Source: Lingula anatina (lineage: Eukaryota > Animalia > Brachiopoda). Taken from it: DNA of 64,000 nt. The notes beneath the pieces were generated by a model, which made no database searches, was not told the origin of the DNA, and worked only from the letters and a program-made list of their open reading frames with translations. The position numbers were made by a program, and so were the translations under genes. This document shows positions 1-12,600 of this stretch, in pieces. Each line of letters begins with the position of its first letter. Position 1 is the first letter of the stretch. The DNA lies in the NCBI GenBank assembly GCA_051362555.1, contig CM120640.1, positions 54,476,788-54,540,787 on the forward strand, written 5' to 3'.

Positions 1-887
1 AGAGTATTTCTACAAAAGGGAAATTATCACAAGTAAGACATTCTTGTCAAATAGGAGATCTAGATAGTTGAAGTTATAATCACGGCAAAAAAGCTGCCAA
101 ATGTATAGACACAAACAATAATGATGCTTGCACACGATATAGTTTTGGTCAAATTTGATGCAAAATTACATGATGTTTACGTAATGGCATAATCACCACC
201 AAATTTTAATAAAGTTTCATAGGCAACATGGACATCAAGATAATGTATGTGTGTGTTAGTGATAACACATTAAACATGCCAAAGTGAAAAAATGAAAATT
301 TCTAAAAAAAAAAAAAATAAAAATCTGTGCAATGTGGCAGTTAAAACTCCTTTCATCTGGTAATAGCCTAGCAGTTGACCTGTAAATGAATGTATGAAGA
401 TCTCAAAAGCAAAATAAATATCAAAAACTGTTCACCAAAAAGACTGGGAACAATACTTCTTTTTATTGAAAACACTTGAAAATGGGAGCTCTGATTGGCT
501 TGAATTTGCTAATATCATCTGATGGAGAAAACGGTTCAATTTCGAAAATGGGATTGGTTTATTTGAATCGATCATCATGCCATTTTTCTTTGCATGTTTT
601 TGCAGATTTTATTTGTTTTGCAGACTTGGCATCTCAACATCTGAAGAAAAAAAATATATTGTTTTGCAAATCATTTGGAATCATTTAAAGTAATAAACAA
701 GAATCAGATGGAAAATGAGCCTTGTATTTTCTAAAAAGTTTTTCCCTTTTTGTGTCTGAGATTTTAATATTAATACAGTGATTAGATGTAACTTAATGCT
801 ATTATTATTTCATGAGCAATCAACAAACATTTTATTTCAATATCTCATTTGCATTGGATATACTAGCTACCAGCAGGAACCAAGAAT

Positions 888-928
888 AATAAATAAATAA
901 ATAAATAATAAATAAATAAATAAATAAA
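888..928. repeat. (AATA)n microsatellite
   Basis: About 10 tetranucleotide units. Confidence 0.9.
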
Positions 929-1040
929 CCATTTAGATTACAAGTTCCCTACCAAGCAAACATTTTTTTAATTTGACTAATTTTTTTGCATCCATGAGAA
1001 GAAGCCATGTGGAATTTTTTTTTCAATTGAAACATTAATT

Positions 1041-1386
1041 TACATTAGTGTACTGGATTTGGTCTTTGGATTGCAATTTAAGATCACAAATGAACTTACA
1101 CGATCTTAATCATTACAGCAGTAGTCTTAAAATGGACTGAATCTGCTTTTAAATTAAAAAATGATCTAAAATCTACTTAAGTGGCCAGGTAGTTTCCTCT
1201 CCTCACCATGGGGGATACCTCCCCTCACAATAGTAGAGGACAACTGCTCACAATAGGAGAATGTGTAAGGGGAGACAACTTGATTGGCTGTTAGTCCAAA
1301 AATGGTCTTACTCATGGTTTAAGATCATGTAAGACTATTTGTGATCTTAAATAGCACTTTAAGACCAAATCAAGCCCATTAGTGTA
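1041..1386. mobile_element. Degenerate MITE with ~70-bp imperfect terminal inverted repeats, downstream of the UBLCP1 stop
   Basis: tacattagtg...ttaagatcacaaatgaacttacacgatcttaa pairs with ttaagatcatgtaagactatttgtgatcttaa...attagtgta. Confidence 0.7.
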
Positions 1387-1827
1387 ACATGCATTTAAAC
1401 CTGCAATAACTTGAAAGAGGTATTTTAAACTTTGATTTCAAATGCACATATGCCAAAAAAGAAATGCATTGTTCTAAACATGTTATTTTTCTTTTAGTTC
1501 ACAGGAATAACAATCAGACACTGTAAAATGTGCTCCTTGTGAAATAGCAAAAAGAAGCTCCTTTTGGGCTTGGCAACTTTTTGTATTTTCTAACATGTTG
1601 TGTGTTAAACATAACTGACAGGAGTATAAATTTCACTGCCTTATCTGGGTAGCCAATCATACAGCTTTCTAAATGTATAGAATTAGTTTATCTAGAATTG
1701 CTGGGTTAATTTCTTAAAAAATAACTGCATGATCATGACAGTTGAGATCTTGAAGTCTGGATTATCCAGTGGTTTGTGGAACATCCAATTTTCAAAGGCA
1801 TGACACAGGGAGGATGGCTGGTGTGCT

Positions 1828-3075
1828 TCAGCTGCTGTATTTTGGTGGCTTGTACCTAGAAATTCAGTGAAAATGAGAATTATTTTTATGTGAAAATGTT
1901 TTTAATTGAGGGCATTATTAATTGATTTATGCATTACACTTTAAAATACCACACTAAAACTTTACATTAGAAAAAATAATACAAGGGTCCTATGCTACAG
2001 TACTAACAAGGCAGCTGTGTTAATCATGTATACATGTTAAAATATGTGCCAAAATTGGTAATAACGAGGTCAAAGTAATATTATATGATTATGTGAAGAA
2101 TCTTACTTTTCCCAGTGTCTGTGATTTAAAACTTCAAAACTGTCTAACTGTGCAATATCTTTTAGATACTTTGACAACCTCAGTAATTCTTTGTCTGTTT
2201 CCCTGTTGACAAATGCTTGTTTGAAAGGCCTTATCTACAAAGAAAAAATAGGAAAAATTTAATAACACTTCTGCGCATTATACTTTTCATTGTTTAGCTC
2301 CACAGTCACATGACACATCGTATAAGAGAACTACACTGACTCAGGCTTTAAATGGTTAATGTGTTTGCAAACTCGAGCTTCAGATTTGTGAGCACAAATG
2401 CCCAAATTGATGACTCCAACCAGGTAAAATTAGTAGCCACAAGCACGGTGATAGGACCCACAAACTAATAATCCACCTGTCTACCCATTTTGTACGTTCC
2501 TTCAAAGCTGGAAATTGTCAAGAGCCCATTGCTGCCATATTAAAAAAGAAGGAACCCATTTGTAAACAGCCAGAGACAGGGAAAGAAAATGGACAAATTT
2601 TGTGTGATTTAACACTATGCTCATGGTTACTAATTTTACATTATACCTAATTTGTGGCTCGAGTCGTTAATTTGTGAACTTGTGCTCCCAAATCTAAGGC
2701 TTGTGAATGCAATGGTAATTATTGCATGTGTGACTTGCTCTGAGACTAGCTAGCATCTAGGTTTGTACTGTTAGCTAACTTACCTTCAGGCCAGACTGAG
2801 GATTCATTATAAAGTTTCTGCGTATATCATCCATCATGATTGTATTTTTCACACTCCACTGAGGATACTTTCCCCATATCACACCTAGTGGTTTCACCTG
2901 TAATTGATGTAGTAGTGATACAGCTTTTTTTAATTCTCTCATTAAGGTAATTCACAAGAATTGTCACAGGGACTCAAATGGAGACTAACTTCACATAAAA
3001 AATATCTTTCATACTGCCAAGAAACTAACAAATTAAAAAAAATCAATTTAAGTTCTCTTTGTTGGTGTCAATTAA

Positions 3076-3120
<45 letters not shown>

Positions 3121-6100
3121 GACCCCAGTAGGCGGGATGGGCCGGATTATCTGACAGTAATCTAGTGAGATTCCCCACGGGGTTTATTGATCTAAAATCT
3201 ATGGGAATGCACCCTAAAATTTAATAATTTCTGGATTCATGTAATTGCACTTCTTTTAATAATATTCATCTTAATAACGTCTGGTAAATTTAGAGGAAAA
3301 TATTCAACATAATTAAATAATTAAATTTTGGATGGCTAACAATAAAATAGTTTTAGTACTAATTTGTATATCTGACTTACATCTATTACCCCATATTTTG
3401 GTGTATGAACTGTAATCATGGCAGTACTGTCTAACATAAAACAAATCTTATAATTAGGATTGGATTTGCACCCAAGCTCCTGCATTTTAGCCTCAATCCA
3501 TTTCATACTTGTGGCAGCTGAAAGGAAATGAAAGAACATTTTTCCACTTCCCTATGCTTTCAAAAAAACTAAAGATGTACAAAAAATATTTCCAGCAAAA
3601 CACTGACTCTGGGAAAGATGGAGTAATTCACATCAAACCAACAGGACAAGGAAATAATTATCAGTCTCCATACAAACTTTAAAATATAATTGCGTATTTT
3701 TATTATGTGTTTAAAAGAAAAAAGTATTAACACATTCAACACTGACACTGATGAATGGAATTAAGTGGTTCAATACATTAAAATAAAATAGCCTAAATAG
3801 TTTCTTTCACGTAAATTACTTCTCTACATAAAACTAAACACTTTTAGAGAAAAAAGTCCCGTTTTTTTTTGTTTTTTTATTCACCACCTCACAAACTTCT
3901 GCTTCTTCCACCTCCATTTAGTGTCGATTTAACTTTGTAAATTGAAAGATACTGATCAGTTTGCATCGTAACAAAGAGTGAAATTATCATGAAAATTTGC
4001 ATTGGTGACAACAAGGGTGTGAAGCACAATCAATGATGATAGTTTTCTTTTGAAATTTTTTGCTTATGAGATATGAGCCCCTAATTATGATGTTCCATCA
4101 AAATAAGGAAATATTTTGCTTCTTTACTGATAAATCAGACAAAATCCTTTCAAAAAAAAAAAAAAAAAAAATCCTTGGCACCAAATTGTAGGATTTATTA
4201 TTGTTATTAAGTGTTAAAATCGTGTCAAAAGCTGCTCAGGTGAGGGAGATCTGTTTGAAATAAAAAAAAAAACACAATTTTCACCACAAAAAACTGCTCT
4301 TATGCTGTCAGCTCGAATTAATAAATTCACCCTAATGTAGTTTTGATTTGACACCATTATCTCATAACATGACAATGTTTGCATTATCTCTGCAAAAAAA
4401 AAAAAGGATTATATCCTAATGCACTGAACCACCATAAGTACAGAAATAAGAATAGTTAATCATTCTTCTCAGTGAAATAAAATAAACCTACACCATATTA
4501 CAATATCATAATCCTCATATGCAGAGGCTAAAAATTCATGAAGGAATGGTCTCATGAGATCTCGGCCCGTTTCCCCAACAGATCTATGGTCTGAAAAATA
4601 AACAATGTTATTACTGAAAAAAATCATTAAAAATGTGAAAACAACTACAAAATTTTTTAAAAGATTGGCATAATTACACTAGAATCTACATATTCTTATT
4701 GATATCCAACTGAGGTGCATGAAACTCTGCAGTATGCACCAACAGTTAAAATATAACACATTTAGGACCAACTGCACAGTCATTAAACACATTTTGGAAA
4801 TAAACTCTTATGCAGTCTCAGGGCCTATGTAACTATATGATGCCAAGAATGCTCTGCAGATAAAACTTTACTCTAAGACTTATAAAATTCAACACTCAAA
4901 CATAAATAAGTGGAACAATTTTCACACACGCAAAAAATGTTCTCACAAACTGTAGCTTCAGCTTATCAATATCAATTATAAATACTGCTGAGAAATCCCA
5001 CTGAAAATACTGTTTGAAAGCCCCTTTCTCAATCTACTGTGATTTAACACTTTTTCATTCTCTCTTTCCATTTACTAATCTTTTATGGATTTACCTTGAT
5101 TTATGAAGAGAATTTATTATATTTGAGATGTTGCTTAAAACCATACTAAACAAAATTTTGATATTAAATGCCATACCAAAAAGTGTGTAGTCCACATCCA
5201 GCACCAGCAACTTTTTCCCTTCTCTTGGTTCATTTATGACCTCAACTTTGTAAGATTTAATACGCTTCTCAACCTTGTTCAGGTATTCTTCCCTATCAAA
5301 TGTATATGCACTGTATCAAATTGTCTTAATAAATCTATGTGGCAATACTGTACACAAGTGAAAAAGAAAAGAAATTACTGTGTTCAAATACTCTTTCAAG
5401 ATAAATACTAAATATTAATGCAAAATTCAGCATGTCCATGGCACATTTTTTAAAAAATTTTACTCTAATTTTACTCTAATGGTACATGATGAAGTCTATC
5501 CCATATATAATGAAAGTAAAAGCATGTGATCCAAAGAAATACTGAAAGAGTATTGTCTTTCTACAACAATTTTATTAAGGTATCTACAACTTCTCTGGAC
5601 TGCAAATATCAAGATTATATCTACCTGTCTTTGACTTCAATTTCCTCTTCTTCTCCTACATCAAAGTCATTGACCACATTTGGTATGTCTTCAGGAGGTT
5701 CCAAAACATCCACCTGGAATGTTTAAAACATACTGAAAACAAAATACTTAGAAAACAAAATACTCAATACAAATTTGCAATGAATTCCATCCTCAGTATA
5801 TCATCTGTGAAGTAAAAAGCAACTGAAGAGATGATGTTTACATTTTGTTCTATTAGTACATGTATAACCAACACTGTAAAATCCATTTGTATATGCATGA
5901 TGATTCTATCTTCCATTGATTAAGACCATGGTTGCCTCCAAGTGAATTCCATCAAAATCCATTCAATCTAAATGGGTAAAATCCTGAATATCTAAACTTC
6001 TGATTTTAAGTTTAAGATTACCTTTACTTAGTACTTGTAGTTAGTACATGTGACAAAGTCAAAGGCCTATAGATAGCCCCTATTCTCAAAAGTCCCTGAG

Positions 6101-7562
6101 AATATACACAAGGACCTTCAAATGTATATGCACTATTGTGGTACTATCAAACTTATGTAAATATAACCAAAGAAGCCATGGCCGAATGACCTGTAGTCAA
6201 AATACTGATATATGTATGCAGAAACTATGGACAGCAAAGGACAAGGGCAGCAAAAGCTGGCCTTCTGAAACAATTAAACCTTGAAGAACTACCTGTCTGG
6301 AAAGATGGTTACAATGCGGTTTAACACTGACAACTATTAGCATAGTGTTGTAAGTATTTATAGATAAATTAAGAATATGCATCATCCATGTTTATGTCCT
6401 GAATTTATATTAATATATAATATACCTGAATACATGTCCTGAAATATTTCACCTTAGACCCATTGTATAGGTTTGCTAAATGGGCCCAAGGTTTAATTAA
6501 ATCAATTCTAATCATTCAAAGGAGAGAGAGAGAAGGGGGAGGGATAAATCAATCTGGATTGTCTACACTAATGCCCATTTCAAATAAATATAAATAAAAT
6601 AAAATGTGAAATCCACTTTGCATGTCAATCGCCAAAATAAGATCTCATATGGCCTTTATTACAGAGAGACACTGGGTCCTGGCTTTATGAGCATCTCTCA
6701 TATTCTTGAAATACTATGTAAAAATGTGGTAAACAAGACACTGAAACAATGGTTAACTTAGTGTCTCATTCATTATTAGCCATATATGCCTTGCGTTGTG
6801 TTAGATGTTCAGGTACCGCATCTGCTGCATTATCAAGGGCAGATCCACACTGATCCCCACAATCTTCAAACTGCAGCACTGATATAACATTACATTTACT
6901 GGTACATGATGCTTATGTAATTTTTTCACTCTGTTCTCTTGATTGTGAAAACTTATAGACTTATAACTGCACAAACATTCTTATTTATATAGTAATGTTA
7001 TTTATTTTCTGAGGTGGTACACACAAGCCTCTTATTAAATAAATAAAAAAGAGGATGGAATCACACAGAGTACTTTATTTAATTGTCATCTCAAACCTGC
7101 AACACAGTAGATAAATTTAAATGCTGTAGATAAAGGACTTAGTTTTCTTTATCTTGTCAGTATTATGTGCCACTATTACAATATCTTGTTTACAGTTTGC
7201 ATTGAATACAAATGTACATTACCAGAGATTCTTCCCTTGTGCCCATCATCATAATTTTTGTGTTTGGTTTTAACTTCAGGGAGGACAATTGTACATCATT
7301 GCCTGGCACACTACCTGCAATAGCAAAATAATTTGTACAAACAACAACTATGGCAAAATAGCTGAAATAAAATGGAAATGATACTGGTCAATACGTGTAT
7401 CTAGATAATAATTAAAAGCATGCTATTTATCAAAATTAATGAATAAGTAAAGTAAATCCCACACATCTGAACCTGAACACCAAAATTCTAGTAAATATGT
7501 GACAATGCACAAATTGACTCTTTTGAATTAATTCTTTTGAAGTACATGACCCATAACTTCAT

Positions 7563-7633
<71 letters not shown>

Positions 7634-8052
7634 TGCACTGATTTTTCAAATTTATATAAATGATGGACATGTATTGTGAAGATGCATGGTAGTTTACAGC
7701 ACACAAGTGATAAAAATTACAAAGTTACTTGTGACTGTGTAGCACGAAAATTCATGCGTTAGCACTCCTATTGACGATTCTGATATGTACTGTCTGTACA
7801 TATCAGAATCGTCAATAGGAGTGCTAACGCATGAATTTTGTTGCTAGTGACTGTGTTGATGTACATGTATGTGTATATTGACAAAATGAATTTACCCTTA
7901 TACTTGAGACCCAATAGTTTCTGTCTCTCTGGTAGTACACCAGTAGCTTTGCTAATAGCATTTTTCAAATCAGCAACAGTATCACTGTCGTCTAAGTCTG
8001 TTATTTTATATTCTTGCCCACTCCATTTCACTGTCAACTCCTTTGCTGTCAT
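1828..8052 (-). CDS. UBLCP1: Ubiquitin-like domain-containing CTD phosphatase 1 (9 coding exons, ~319 aa)
   Basis: GT-AG exons 8052-7896, 7314-7223, 5713-5625, 5292-5177, 4590-4492, 3517-3381, 2897-2784, 2234-2107, 1855-1828 join in frame (960 nt). N-terminal UBL (VKWSGQEY...[14 protein letters not shown]), HAD/FCP1 motif [14 protein letters not shown], plus [18 protein letters not shown] and [21 protein letters not shown]. Confidence 0.96.
2363..2712. mobile_element. Degenerate foldback MITE in UBLCP1 intron 7
   Basis: Imperfect inverted arms: agatttgtgagcacaa / ttgtgctcccaaatct and gtaaaattagtagccacaagcacggtg / cactatgctcatggttactaattttac. Confidence 0.65.
3077..3117. repeat. (CA)n microsatellite
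   Basis: About 20 CA units. Confidence 0.95.
3121..3214. mobile_element. Half-copy of the MITE family also present at 44915-45129
   Basis: gtaggcggga...attatctgacagtaatctagtgaga...gatctaaaatctatgggaat is the reverse complement of attcccatagattttagatc...tctcactagattactttcagataat...tcccgcctac. Confidence 0.65.
7566..7630. repeat. (AG)n microsatellite
   Basis: About 32 AG units. Confidence 0.95.
7740..7846. mobile_element. 107-bp foldback MITE with perfect 44-bp stem and 9-bp TSD (Mutator-like) in UBLCP1 intron 1
   Basis: Arms 7747-7790 and 7796-7839 are exact reverse complements around a 5-nt loop; termini TAGCA...TGCTA; direct repeat GTGACTGTG at 7731-7739 and 7847-7855. Confidence 0.82.
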
Positions 8053-8400
8053 TTTGAGATTTCGGTCAAAGACACGGAGTTGGTTGACATGTATTTGATA
8101 AGGATTGTACAAATTTCATGACGCCCTGTTGCCGTCTATCTTTCAACCAACAAAAGTATGTTTCTTTAATGTAACATAATTCAATCAAAGAGGGCTGTAG
8201 CTGAAAAATTGTCGATAAAAATAAAAATAAATATCTCGAGACTAAACAATAATACGTATTCCACTTCAGCATGCATAAGTTACGTATTTTCTCGCGAGAC
8301 CTAACATGGAGGGGACGATCGTTCATCGGAAAGGAAGAGAACATAAAAAAGCTGTATTGCAATAGAATGCACTATCGTTGTAAGTATATTTATTGTGGAA
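8053..8400. promoter_or_regulatory. Probable bidirectional promoter of UBLCP1 (-) and HTT (+)
   Basis: Divergent genes, local CpG enrichment, palindrome TCTCGCGAGA at 8290-8299, candidate HTT 5'UTR donor GTAAGT at 8380 and acceptor at 9590 just before the HTT ATG. Confidence 0.55.
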
Positions 8401-9620
8401 GTTTATGGAAGAAAAGTTTCAAAGTCGCACTCATTAAAAACTGTGTTTTTTCTCTTTTTGCTTTGCACGATGAGCCGCACGTGACCCTCCCCCAGGCAAT
8501 CAAAGTTTTTTGTCCTAGTACGATAGTTATTGAATTAAAACCATTTGCTTTATTTATAAATAGTCCCCAGTCATGGCATTATATTTTACAAAGCTGTAGA
8601 CCAGTAGGTGTTATTTTAAAACAACCTGAAAGTACCTGTATCGTTTGAAGGTGTGTTAAAGTTGAGCCTTAACTTAAGGACAAGACTTTGCCTGGTATGA
8701 GTACATGATATGATATAGGTTGTCTGTGATACTCAACACATTTTAGTTTTCCTTTTATAATCCTCCGCGTGTCATCGTATAAATGTCAGTTTTACTATTA
8801 AAATTAAGACACAAGGCATAGTTGTCAAGTGTGAGAATTGTGTACAGAGGTTTTGTATTTTTATCACATGCTCCACAGCACGTATTGATGTTTGACTTTG
8901 AGGCCCACATTTCCAATAAAACATGAAATGACTGAAAGATAACAATTCTGATTAAACTCTCACTCTCTTGCTCATGGTTTTATGGTTTTGGTGCTGTTTA
9001 ATAGTGTGATATTATGATACTTCTACCACATTGCGGTTTCAAGATATGGGCAACCATGAAATCCCACAGTGAAATATCTTTCCATGTATTATGGTGTACT
9101 CTGTACTACATGTATAAAAAATGATAATGTATAAAATATGAAACTATAAACAAGTATTTTATGAGTCTTATGGTTTTACTAATGTCTTTTCTCTTTTTCG
9201 TTATTAGTGGGAAATAACAAATGATTGGTTCAGAGCCATGGAAGATTTTGGTGTTAAATTTCCTTTGTTTGTAATTGCCAAATTATAGAATTTATTATTA
9301 TTTATATTTTTAAGTATGAGAGTTTTACTTCTTAAATAAAACAAAGGTTCATTCTATAGTTATGCTTTCAATTGGCACCTTTATAGCTACTTAATTCTTT
9401 GATGATAGCTGTAGCATAAATATGCTTACTGTATACATAAATTTAGAAGCTTGTTGTTGCTCTAACAGTCTGTAATTTATACAGATAGTTATTTCTAGTA
9501 AACTGGAATGTCTTCATTAGACATTTTATAGTGCCATTGAAATTATGATATACTTTTGAGTTCATTAATAGAATCTATTATCTCTTATAGGTTCAAAGAT
9601 ACTTTTTTGAAAAGTAAACT

Positions 9621-12600
9621 ATGGCCAGTTTAGAAAAACTTGTTAAGGCCTTAGAGACCTTGAGGGTTTTTCAGCCAGAAGTGACCAAAGAAGATGCCGC
9701 TAAGTATGTTTGATTGAAGTTATCACTGAACTAAGTAATGAAATCGACAGTTGCATTTTCCTTTGGTTGAAAAATCTCATTTTCTCATTTTTTATTGCTT
9801 TGTGTATTCACTTGATGTATCAGAGATATATATGTATGTGTTTTGGAATTGTTTATCAAAACAATAAAAAAAAGGGAAAATTTTGACTTTTTTTTGCGAG
9901 CTAAACCAATGTTGCTTTAATGCATTTTTTCTAAATGTCACACAGAAAATCCAAGGAGCAATTGCCTGTCAGCAAAAAAGATAAAATAACCAGTTGTAAT
10001 GTGGTGGCTGAAACCATTTGTTCCACAAGTTTGCGCACTTTGGCAGAGTTCCCCAAGTTCTTGGGCATTGCAATAGAATCATTCTTACTTTTCTGTGATG
10101 ATGCAGAGTCTGATGTAAGAATGGTTGCTGATGACTGCTTAAACAGAACTATAAAGGTGGGTTGATTGGGGTTTAACTAACATATTTCTTTTTTAAAGAC
10201 AATGTTCTTTTTACAGTTTATGGACTCTTGTTGAAATTAACCAAATATGTATAAAGATAAATTGAATATTTAAAATATTTAATATTGTATGTGTAGCATT
10301 TGTAACACCTATCACCTGATGGTTATTGTAAATTATGATAGCATGAAATTTGCAGTTTTGTAGCTATTAAGTGATCTTTTATGATAACAGCTACAACACA
10401 TTTTATAATTGTTTCAGTTGGAAGCCTTACATGATATATTGGACTCTTGTGCAGAAACAAAGGTCTTTTATACTATTCATATATTTGGTAATGACATTTC
10501 AGAACTTAATAGACACAAACTTAGGTCGGCTGCAAGTTGAATTATATAAAGAAATAAAAAAGAATGGATCATCTCGTAGTTTGAGAGCTGCACTGTGGAG
10601 ATTTGCTGAGTTGTGCCCTCTCATCCGCCCACAGAAATGCAGGTAAGCTTTTCAAAACTTACTGTTTAGCTCCTCAATGCTTGACCACACAAATGATAGT
10701 AGAAAGCATTTGTTAAGGTAGTGGACTTTCTTACACTGTGAGACACTTTGAAGCAATTTTGTTTGGTACCTTCTAAACTGTGGATATAAAAATTATTCTA
10801 AAATTTTACTTAATTGTTGAGAAAATCGTCTTAATCACAGAGGAAATTCTGATTACATATATTTATATATTTATATATATTTTTTCTTTTTATTATTTGT
10901 TTGTTACAGACCCTATGTGGTAAACTTGTTGCCATGCATAAGTAGGATATGTAAGAGGCCCGAGGAAGCAGTTCAGGAAACTTTGAATGTAGCCATGCAG
11001 AAAATGGCTCCTGTTTTGATGGTTTTCTGTAATGATGTTGAAACAAAAGTATGTCTTATATATCAGTGGAATCTCTCTTAATGTTCATATTATATTTTGT
11101 TGTAAATAAAGAATATATTGTTGTTCACCTCAGTTGTAAAATTAATAAAAGTGGCATTAATGTCTGTATATTAGTTTCTTCCAGAAATATCTAGTGGCAA
11201 ATAATATTAATTTAGATTGAAAGTCACACATTTATTTGTTGTTTTGCATGAGCATTTTGTTTTATAGCACTAGCTGAAGTACAGTTCTCATGTGACATTT
11301 TTTTTTCATTCTGATTTCCTACAGAGCCTAGCAAAAGCCTTCATTCCCAACCTCAAATCCAGTTCAGCCCCCACAAGACGCACCGCTGCCAATGCAGTCA
11401 CCCTGATCTGTCAGCATGGACGGAAACCAACACATTTCATTGCATGGATGTTGGGCATGCTTATAGGTTAGTGTAGATTAAGAAAAAAAGGATTGGGGTA
11501 AACAGGTATGGAATTATTGAAGATTCAAATAAACTTTTTACGATAATGCACACATCCAGACTGTCATAAGAAACTTATGATCGTTGTACTCCTTGTATTT
11601 GTACGCTATTCATTGTTAGAATGTAATGCTTCATAAAAGCATTAAGCATCAAATAATGCACAGTGAAGACAATGATTGAGTCTGGGTGTCATTTTAGGTC
11701 AGCTGGTTCCAGTGTGTGCTGATGCTCCCACACATGCTATCTTAGGTGTGTTACTGGGCTTGAGGCATCTCCTGCCACATTTAGGCAGACAGGCAGACAG
11801 AGACCTTAGTCTCAAGGGAAGCTTTGGAAAGACTAAAAAGGAAGATGATGCACAAATAAGTACACATCAAATATTGCAGGTATATATATATATGGTTTTT
11901 TTATATATGTGAGACATAGCTGTAGGTTTTATTTGCAATGAGGGAAAATTTGTCAACAATTTTCTTTGAACTATGAAACTTTGAGTCAGATTGGATGTAA
12001 AAAGTATAGATTGTATGCATGCCAATTCATTGAATTTGTAGTCTGTTTTTGTAAGTTTTGTGAATGGTAGTTTATAAGCAGTGAAAAAAATTGTAAGATC
12101 AATTAGTGGCTTTTATTAAAAGTAGAGTCCGAAATGAACAATAAAAAAGATTTTTCTAGATCTGTAAGTTGTAAGATAGTTTTCTTTCATAGATTGATAA
12201 ACACTTATTCTAAATGAGTCATTAGACATTGATTCTCTGTGTTCCATTTCAGATCTATGAGCTGCTGTTGTTCTACACTGACCATCCTGACCACAATGTG
12301 AACACTGCTGCACTGGAGACATTGCACCAGATGCTGCGCTTCCCTCCACCACAGTTACTACACATACTTGTCACACCTGGCACAATAACACAATCAACCA
12401 TCTACCAGGATGAGCAGTTGGGGAGACCATCATCTGAACGTTAGTACTTCTGAGCTCATACTTGCAACCTTTTTGTCAGGGGCAAAAACCTGAATAAGAT
12501 TATTGGCAAGATATATTGGCACAGTCAAATAATTTGTTTTTGGTGTTACTGACAATTTATTAGTTCTTTCCTACTATCACTTTACTGGGTATGGAGCTCA

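Noticed and set aside
476-688. This and the many other 60-130 aa ORFs that are intronic, intergenic or antisense to exons
   Set aside because: Low-complexity AT-rich or shadow frames with no splice-consistent partners or recognisable motifs.
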